DNA of 64,000 nucleotides from Lingula anatina (Eukaryota; Animalia; Brachiopoda): assembly GCA_051362555.1 (NCBI GenBank), contig CM120644.1, forward strand, positions 22,404,534-22,468,533. Direction: 5' to 3'. The notes under the pieces were generated by a model, which saw nothing but the letters and a program-made list of their open reading frames with translations, was not told the origin of the DNA and ran no database searches. The first letter of the stretch is position 1. Each line of letters begins with the position of its first letter. The translations under genes and the position numbers were made by a program. Of the stretch, positions 49,122 through 64,000 are shown piece by piece.

Positions 49122-52100
49122 ACTGAGACACGATGCACTTTTTTGCTATGTATGGTTTACTCAAGCCACCACATATGATACACAACAAGTATGTTCTTAC
49201 CGAAGAAAGTAAAAGCAATGGCGACAAGTGTGGTGATATACAAAATCTCTTATTCAGAGATTACTCTCGGTAGCGTTGGTTAGAGGATTAGATCAATGAT
49301 TAGGAAAAAAGGATGTCCATGTTAAGCGGTCAACATTACAATACGATCCAATTTTCTGACGACAATCTCACACGGCGTGATCCCGGATGCTACTGTACCA
49401 TCCACTTAACAAACTAAAAAATTAAACGTATTCGTTGTTTGTGAAATATCACAACTGTAGTTATTGCAATTTGAACATCAGTAGGCCTACTTAACTTTCA
49501 GCTTCGTGATAATACTAACGATTTTCAGAATATGACGCAATATTATCAAGTAGTGACCTGTCTGTAATTCAACTACGGGCGTTAAAACTTACTTATATTC
49601 TGTAATTCAAACTGACTCATACAATCAAATGCTTCTCATGATATTTCCCATTTATTATTTCAGAAGACATGCGGCAGAACAAGTAAGTTTAATTTATCAC
49701 GGAATGTCAGATCTGCCATGCAAATAGTTCGTTTCATTGTTTTTTTTTAACTTTCGTAAGTGCAAGTCCATTCAAAAAGTCCCGATAAGTTAGTGCAAGC
49801 AGACAGACTCGCCTCAAAATTTCAGCTGCGTGGGCTTAAATGGCGAATATTCAGGTCAACTTTCAGGGTTTCATACCCATTGCATTATAAAGATGCTACA
49901 TGTCAAAGTATTTTATTGTAATGTGTATTGTCATAAGGTATAAATCAATTGATCATGAAAAATCTTTTTACAAAAGCTTTTTAAATACATACAGGGGTAT
50001 ATTCATTTATGTATTAAGCAATACTTTTCTAAGAGCTATAATAAAAAATCTAATTTGTTTGCAATCTTAATAGAAATTTGAGTACATTAAGGTAAGGAGC
50101 GTACAGTTGTATATATACTTACAGTTATCATTTTTACAAAAGACGTGTGACAGGATTTCATTTTTAAGTAGAAAAATCTGTATGCAAGTTCCAGACAGGT
50201 GTATATTTTTCATTTTTAACAAAATAATCTAATAGTGGGATATGAGTGATGTTTTTTTAATGCAGCCCAGAGCCCGTGTGACATTAACAATGGTCAGTGC
50301 AGTGACTTTTGTGTCCCGTATCCAAACTACCAAATACCGTACGACGATCTTCCTTCTGGATACTACTGCGCATGTCCTAGTAGGAAAATGACATTCAGGG
50401 GGACTCTTTGTTTGCGTAAGTGTAGAAATGTGTGTATGTAAGGGTGGGGGTGGGGGTAAGCGAGAGTGTGGGTGAGTGGGTATGTGGGTCGATTTGTTTG
50501 GTGAGCTGATTGGGGTTGTTTTGTGAATGCTCGATGTGTGTTAATTCTTATTTTTAATTTTGAGCCATGTATTCAAGGTGTTCTCCATGAAGCTTGAATA
50601 GGTTGTTATTTAGGTTTTGAATCGCACAGCTGAATAGCTACGTATTTATTTATTTATATCTATTAATACGTGAAGTGCGTGTTTATATTCCACAGCCATA
50701 TTCTAGAATTAATTTTATTTGAAGTACAAAACGAACATATTAAAGTATGATTACACACAGTTGTAGGACGATTAAATGAAATGTTAAAGCCCAAGTAGTT
50801 TTGACACAAACCCTAGGCATTTAAAAATATTATCTTATAGTTTCTTTTTTTTTTTACAGCACGAAACCATCCCTGTTTTAATAACCGCAATTGCAGAAAC
50901 TCTGAAAAATGTGTCCCCACGGGAAGCCGAGACGGACACGGTTACAGATGCGACTGTAGGGAGGGCTATATTCCCAGAGAAAATGGACAGGGATGCCGGC
51001 GTAAGTGTTATGTGCCATGTTCGAAGTATTATGTTTCACGATATACTGTGTTTGTGTTCCCTTGGGGTATGCAGGGTTTTGCACATCCCCCCCCCCACCG
51101 CCACCGTGCTTTATTCGTTTCGCTGGCAAAGCTACAGCAGTAGATATATGTACATTTGATATCATGTAATATTAAAAGAGCGAACTAAACCAGCAATTAC
51201 CTTAAAATAACCCCTAGTCCATTCTTATCAACATTAAATACAGTTGCCCCTGTGAGACGCACTACGCCAGCACTGACTACGGAGGACGGGGGCCAACGAC
51301 GGACTCTCAGGACCAGAATAACCCCAGCACCTGTCTTCACTAATCTAACCACACCTGCGCACACCGCGGCACCTCACCCTTGTGACGTCAACAATGGCGA
51401 CTGTGAGCACATATGTAGGAGGACCTCGTCAACGATACGTGTCTGCGAGTGTCGTCTGGGTTATAGGCTGCTCAGCGACGGTGTATCATGCAAGGGTAAG
51501 ACAGAGCATCTATTCAACCAGTGTTCGCTGGTTTCCTTGTTTAAAAGTTAAAATATTTTGAATTTGTTTTAAAGTGTCTGGTTTTAGTGGATACTCGTAT
51601 ACGGTTTGCAGGTAAGATTGGCAGCTTTTCGTTTCGTATATTCCAAATTAGTTCACTGGAAAGGGAATCTCATTGGCTTGGAGCTGAAATCTTAACGCTC
51701 TAGCACTTTTTTAATCAATACAAACATTGGCCTGTAGCTATTTTCATAATTGTATATTACATTTGGCCTGTCGCTATGACCCGAATCCTGAAGTCCACGC
51801 GTTTCATAGCATTAACGGTGCCTGCACTTGTTTTGCAAATACTCAGCGTTTTCCGGGATATTGCTTCTCTGGCACTCCAACCCCCAGAGTATCAGAGTAG
51901 TGACCAGTGACTCATCTCGATCTGACATTTTCCAAAAACATAACTTGCTTCACCACTTATTGAGCAGTATTGCTTACCATATCAATGTTTTTATAAACGT
52001 AACTAAAATAACAATCAACAATCTGTTTACATCGATTCTTGCAGAAGCAGATCCTTGTGAAGACAATGGCGGGTGCAGTGACGTCTGCATAGCTAACTGG

Positions 52101-53605
52101 CCTTCTCGCACGTGTAGCTGCCGTGTTGGTTACAAGCTTGACGGTGACCAAAAGACGTGCATAGGTAAGTAAAATTTTCAATTTCTCCTTATGCAATATA
52201 CAATTATTTACTTTTGTTCTTTTTTGGCTAATTTATTGGTATCTTTTATTTATTTATTTATTTATTTTAATTAAATAATTTATTTTATTCATTAATTAAT
52301 ACTTTTTTGGATTGATAGTTAACATGTCTCAAAAGATTTTTCACAAATTTTGACAAGGCAAAACAATTCAGGAGTAGCAGTTCTTCAGGGAAAAAGAAGT
52401 TATTTCAATTTCAGTCTCCTTACATTTTTTTTCAAAATATCAAAATTGGTTTTTTCATTGGTGTATACATGTCCTCTGGGTGTTCTGTCTGGTAGTTTAT
52501 TATTATTATCATTATTATTATCATTATTATTATTATTATTATTTCCCTGCAGATGTGGACGAGTGTTGGGAGGGGACTACCCAGTGGACTGTATTAACGT
52601 ACCTGGGTCTTTCCGCTGTGCATGCCAACGTGGATATAGCTTGAAACAAGGAAACAGATGTGAAGGTAAACCATAGAGATAAATACATAGTGTACAGGTA
52701 CCGGCTGAGCAGCAGAAGCCTATTTTACTTTTTTTAATTTTAATTTTTTCTTTTTCTTTTCTTTTTTTTTTTTTTGGACTTTGTCCATTTGAGTTTTAGT
52801 CATTCTCTTATAAAGCCCCAAAAAACCGACTTATGTGATATTTGAATAAGAGCACTTGTGAATTTTTGGAATACATAGGTAAATATGATAGTCACGTCTA
52901 CTGCGCTATGTTGGATTTACCCAAAAATTGTATATTGTATTAAGCCTGTTGCTATGACCCGAATCCTGAAGTCCACGCGTTTCATAGCATTAACGGCATT
53001 GCATTGCCGGCATAGCATTGCGAGTGTCGTCTGGGTTATAGGCTTTACACCGACGGTGTATCATGCGAGGGTAAGACAGAGCCTCTATTCAACCAGTGTT
53101 CGCTGGTTTCCTTGTTTAAAAGTTCAAATATTTTGAATTTGTTTTAAAATGTCTGGTTTTAGTGGATACCCGTATACGGTTTGCAGGTAAGATTGGCAGC
53201 TTTTCGTTTCGTATATTCCAAATTAGTTCACTGGAAAGGGAATCTCATTGGCTTGGGGCTGAAATCTTAACGCTCTAGCACTTTTTTAATCAATAAAAAC
53301 ATTGGCCTGTAGCTATTTTCATAATTGTATATTACATTTGGCCTGTCGCTATGACCCGAATCCTGAAGTCCACGCGTTTCATAGCATTAACGGTGACTGC
53401 ACTTGTTTTGCAAACACTCAGCGTTTTCCAGGATATTGCTTCTCTGGCACTCCAACCCCCAGAGTATTAGAGTAGTGACCAGTGACTCATCTCGATCTGT
53501 GAAGACAATGGCGGGTGCAGTGACGTCTGCATATCTAACTGGCCTTCTCGCACGTGTAGCTGCCGTGTTGGTTACAAGCTTGACGGTGACCAAAAGACAT
53601 GCATA
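49023..53605 (+). pseudogene. Multi-EGF gene copy B, truncated or pseudogenised
   Basis: Intact exons 49023-49076, 49664-49682, 50266-50415, 50860-51000, 51244-51495, 52045-52164; cbEGF exon 52553-52665 has a 7-bp deletion giving TGA at 52642-52644; downstream EGF remnants (53019-53070, about 53498-53605) lack acceptors. Confidence 0.8.
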
Positions 53606-55152
53606 GTAAGCAAAATTTTCAATTTCTCCTTATGGACATACATATTTACTTTTGTTCATTTTTAGCAGTTTTTGTTTACAAAATTTTCACAATCAGCACA
53701 CATTGTGCTCCTTTATTCGTATTATTATCACCGCCAAGGAGGTTATGTTTTCATCAACATAACTCAAATTTTGATGAAATTTTCAGGAACTGTCAGAAGT
53801 GGGCCAAGGAGGAGGTGGTAAGTTTTGAGAAGTGATCCGGGAAGTGAAACATGACGTTTTTGCTCCGTTTTTATACTAATAGTTTCCACAACGACAATTC
53901 TAGAAGTCGGCGTGACGTCACAAAATGGCGACCGCCATAACAACCATTTGATCGGAAATTGTGTACTTGCTGTTTTAAAGAAAGTGAACGATTCAATAGT
54001 TTGATATACGATTTAATCAATGAATCCTTTTCTCATTTAGTTGACAGTTTTATTTCGTGTTTTACTCTCTTTTTTTGTCATTTTATAGTAAATACATATA
54101 TGTACAATTCACCTTAAAACTGCAAGAATAAATATAATTATTATTATCATCAATATACTAGCTTCACTATAAAGTCAGTATTACAAGCTATCTGTTCTGA
54201 ATTTTTCTTTAATTATAAAAAATCGGTTTCATCCGCTTTTAGGGGAGCGACACGATCGAGTTAAAATCGTAGCTCAAAATTTATAAATATTTAATGTGTA
54301 TCGTTTATGACTTTAACCAGGTAGACCGAAAAAGAATAAATTACACTCAATTAAGCTCATGTAAAATCTTGTGAAAGCGATGCGGTAGTTGAGACTCCGG
54401 TTTTACAACCTAGTATGCTCTGATCAATTTGAATGTTAGAGTGGATGTTGGTTTTAGCGCATTTTGTCCGTTTTGATGCCGGAGGAACGCCTTCCTTGCG
54501 ACAATTTTCTCTCTCAGGCCGTGTTCTCAGTCTCACTGTGTTGGTTTTTCTTTGTTTTTTATTTGAATCGTGTTTGTTAATGATGCGGTATCAGAGAGAG
54601 AGAGAGAGAGAGAGAGGAAGGGAGGGGGTTTAGTTCGCCCACCTGTAATAAAGATGCACAATCACACAAACTGTTAAGTGACCGAACAACAAGGCTTAAC
54701 TTGCGCATTTCTCTCTGATATATAAAATGTATTTCTTGTTTAGAGAAACGCTAGAGCGTTGTATGATCTACTCATGAGTTTGTTTTATTATTTTTTTAAA
54801 ACAAGGAGGATATCTTGTATCTGTATGTTCCTATCTTTATGTAAACCCAACATGGAAAATATTTTTACTCGGACAGTAAAAGAATCTAAACACGTTTCAG
54901 CTGATTCCACATTTTAATAGTCACAAGATAAATAGGTGACAATATTGTTGACGTGTAGAAGTGGAGCGATGACAACGAAACGTCTGCTATATGTCCATGA
55001 AAGAGTTATTTGAGACCGAATACGCTTTATAAGACGCATTCGGATATCAACATTAATTACTGTTGCATAACTGTTTATCGGTAACCAGGGTTTCTAATTA
55101 TGGCGATTCCGTATCATCAACAAATATCTACGATGAAGGCCGCGTTTGTGTT

Positions 55153-60533
<5,381 letters not shown>

Positions 60534-60782
60534 CTTCTCTTCCTGACCTGTAACTTCTGTGATGTCTTTATCTTCTGTTCAAGCAACTGTGTAGCGTGTA
60601 CTACTTATGAAAAGGCTTAAATATGAGCGCTGTTCCCGGAACTCCTCTCCAAAACAGGATACGTCTAAGCTCAGCTGCTTTGTAATATTTCCTACCAGTG
60701 TTATTTTAACGCAGAGGCCGACTGCTGTTGTCATGTTAATGAAAACATATCACCCGGGGAGCACCACTGATTACAGCACTAA

Positions 60783-61056
60783 GGGAGCGTTCAGACAAAC
60801 CCATCGTGCCAGCTGGATCGATCGAATTCTGCGGAAATTTTTCCCTACGTCGATGCTGTAAACGGCTCAAATATCTGACACACCTCCACGAGCTGCTAGG
60901 GGGTAATTCAGTCGAGCGCACACGAAACTTAATTACTCCCTATTGAAATGTGGCTTGTGGTACAATTTAGCTGATGACACTGAATGGAATATGGCGAGAA
61001 TCCCTTGCAGAATTGGATCGATCCAGCTGCTACGATGCTTAAATCTGAACGCTGTC
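60783..61056. mobile_element. PIF/Harbinger-type MITE related to the GATCGATC family
   Basis: TAA flanks; agcgttcaga/tctgaacgct and agctggatcgatc/gatcgatccagct inverted arms; shares the gagcgc..acgaaa.ttaattac core. Confidence 0.65.
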
Positions 61057-61727
61057 TAAACTAGGTGGGTACATGTAGAGTATAGACGTCATTTTCGTCA
61101 TAAATGAAGGATGTCAATGAATATGAGAGCCGTTTACGGTGTGCGTTATATGTCATGTATGCCACTTGTTGATTAGTTTGTACTGTATTTTGCTACAACC
61201 GAGGATCTGCATTTGCTCAACGTTAATGCAACGTGCTGTCATCATTGCAGCTCATTTCATTTCATTATTTTAACGGCGAAAAAACGTGGTTCGCCTTCAA
61301 CTTCATTATTTAAACTTGGAAGAGGAAACCACAGAGTTTATTCTCGGGACCTACAGTCTAAAAATCCTGACTGACAAGCAAAAATTGGATAAGAAGACGG
61401 TTTTTGCCATCGTAACCCAAGGTGAAAGTTTTCAATAATCAACCATCAGCACAATTTTGCCGCTCTCAGTGCAGCAGGGCAACTTTGTATTTGAACATGG
61501 CAAACTATAAACCTTAATCTGGAGCATGGTTGCAACAAGAACCCGTATCATGTAGGAAACTGGACGGTTTTACATAATTATCAGGATTTGTTTTTCCCGG
61601 CTGTGCTTGTGCGATAATCGACTTACAACGCGCTCCTATATCCGCTATGTTGCATTTTATTAGAACTACTGATCATTTTCATTCGTTTTGGAGTGCTTTC
61701 AGGAAACGTTAATCAAAGGCCGATTAA

Positions 61728-62343
61728 GGATATTGTAACCCTTCATGATTCCACATACCGAAAATGAGTTTTTCCTGCATCTAATTATTCAATAATGCAT
61801 CTATTTTTGTGCTGATTTAAAATAATAAAAAACCCTCGACAATATGCAATATCAGCCTTTATATATTTTTCGTTGCAAAGTACCTGTATAAGCTTAGGCA
61901 ATTCAGAGCTTTAATCGTCATTTAAAACATTTCTATTTGAGGTGAGATAGCAATTGGCGTTGTAGCCATTATTTTGGTTTAAATGCTTTTGTTAAGATTC
62001 CCTAATTACCGATTTTCATTAAACAGAGGAATTGTTTTTCTTTATCAACGATAAAATTTCGTCTAAGACGTCCAAGAAAAATCCTGGCAGGGTTTTGGCG
62101 TACTAAATGGTGTCGTTAAATAGGCGTTGGAACGGTGATCGTGGGTGCTCAGGTTAAATAGATATTTGAGAAACCGATTTTTACAGTTTTAACTCCAAAT
62201 CGCAATTATGACGTAACCCGTAAGATGACCTATGTATAAATGTTAATTAATTTAGTCACTGAACACTGAAGATTTATGTATTACCCAAAAGAATGAACGA
62301 TCAGATGTAAATAAGGAGGTTTGGGCGAAGGGTGACAATATCC
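61728..62343. mobile_element. Kolobok-like MITE, TTAA TSD
   Basis: TIR GGATATTGT(A/C)ACCCTTC (16 of 17 match); TTAA at 61724-61727 and 62344-62347. Confidence 0.75.
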
Positions 62344-63742
62344 TTAAAGCAGAATTGTATTTTAAAAAAAACTTGTACTGAAATAGTGATGTAGAAAACT
62401 TGCTGACAAGTGTACTACAGTCAATGAAAACGCATCATTTATTTATCAAATAATATTTTAAGTTCCTTTGGAACATTAAGAAAATAACAGTTTTCGTGTT
62501 AAATATGTGAAATATGAAATAGTGGTCAGCCCACTCTCTTATGACCAAACAAGTGCATTTGTTCTCGTTAATATGGTTGGAATCAATTCCCGGTAAAAAA
62601 AGTACAAGAAAGTTTTCTGATGCATTTTCATTGACTGTCAGTATCCTTTGGTCATTCTCAGACGGCAAATGAAAACTCATGATTTAGGTTTGATTATTTT
62701 GATCTTGTGATGTATTTTTATGTTTTATACCTGTTATCTGATTTGATGAGTAGCTTGCAAGGTGTCCATGTAGTTTTTCTAAACTCTTTTCATTGTAGTT
62801 ATATACTTTGGAATACTTAACTGAAGGCTAAATTGTACTGGGAAGCAATATTGGGTCCTAGTGTTGGACGCAGCTGCCACGTTTGATATCATAAATCGAA
62901 AACATGCACGAAACACTCCAGCCGAATATGAAACTAGGGTACAGATGTTCGGAAAATTGCTCTTAATAGCATTTTGATAAAATTGTTTTCATATGAAATG
63001 GTTGGTAGGTCTTCAAAACTTCGAAAGTCATCAATAAAAATTGATGTCACTGAAATAAATATCAATCATAAATGAATACTCCTTTTTTTATATACTTTAT
63101 TTCTCTTATATCATATTATTTACATATTTACAAAAACCCTGACGCATATTGTCCAATAATAAGTAGAGTTAAATCTAGTTTTGCTCCCCTCCTATTCGCC
63201 ATGTAGAAATGGTTATGCTCCTAAATTTTTCAACAGAATGCCTTTGCAGGAAGCTGAGACAAGCTTATGTAAAAAAGAACCCCCGTTAGAATACTCGGTT
63301 TTTGAAGATTATTTTAAGCAGAATTTCGTGATTCTGCTGATCATGCGTAGTCAACCCCGTCTGAGTGTCATCAAAAATTATTAATTTCTTAATCTAATCC
63401 TTGCATTACCCTCATAATAGATCAATTGACATCAAAGATTTTTCGCTATCAAGTCATTAGCCTAGAGCTATTTGTGGAAATGGAACATCGTATTATATCA
63501 GCTTTAATTTTATACGTTTACTGTGTAATTACAGTAATCGTGGCGGAAATGCCAGGGACGGGTAATCCCGTCGAGGTCAATGCCTTGGTGTTTAAAATCC
63601 AGCACAACCTTTCCAGAAACTGGGCCAGCTAACACCATTTCCAAGCATATTCCCGGAACTAGACGGTTCTGATGAAATGACACACACGCTGTGTTCCTTG
63701 AATCATGGAACATTGCATGGACATTGGAGCCGCTGTAACTAA

Positions 63743-63956
63743 GACCCAATTCCCAGAGATTAGATCGATCCAACTAGATTGACCTAACTCCCTGGGGGTT
63801 CCCGCTAAATAGCTATCAGCCGAGCGCGCACGAAAGTTAATTACCCCCTTACAGCTTGTAGTAGGCGGGACGGACATTTAAGCCGGATTACCTGACAGTA
63901 ATCTAGTGAGACTCCCCAAGGGGATAGATCGATCTAAAATCTATGAGAATGCGCCC
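63743..63956. mobile_element. PIF/Harbinger-type MITE (inverted relative to the 41898 copy)
   Basis: TAA flanks; internal sequence is the reverse complement of the 41898/56370 copies. Confidence 0.75.
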
Positions 63957-64000
63957 TAAGATCATTAAGTCAGAAAGTACATGTACACTGCAGGCCCGAC

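Overview
AT-rich, intron-containing animal genomic DNA with many microsatellites and DNA transposons. The gene content suggests a marine invertebrate, possibly a lophotrochozoan such as a mollusc; this is inference only. No prokaryotic features, rRNA or CRISPR are present. The left half (8-25 kb) holds three TATA-driven genes for secreted low-complexity proteins: a Gly/Phe/Asn 12-aa repeat protein (+), a 7-exon polyQ plus Gly/Ala/Pro modular protein built from duplicated phase-1 exons (-), and a GGF-repeat protein (-). All three appear to have an intron just after the stop codon. The right half (31-61 kb) is a tandem segmental duplication of a tail-to-tail gene pair: a secreted multi-EGF protein (+) and a secreted single-vWA (MIDAS-intact) protein (-). 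Both vWA copies are intact; the second EGF copy is frameshifted and rearranged. Comparing the two copies dates several insertions, including a TIR/9-bp-TSD element carrying a Crypton/DUF3504-like fragment. The whole locus looks like a candidate extracellular-material (shell, cuticle, adhesive or capsule) gene cluster. All gene models were read by eye from GT-AG sites and reading phase and need RNA support.
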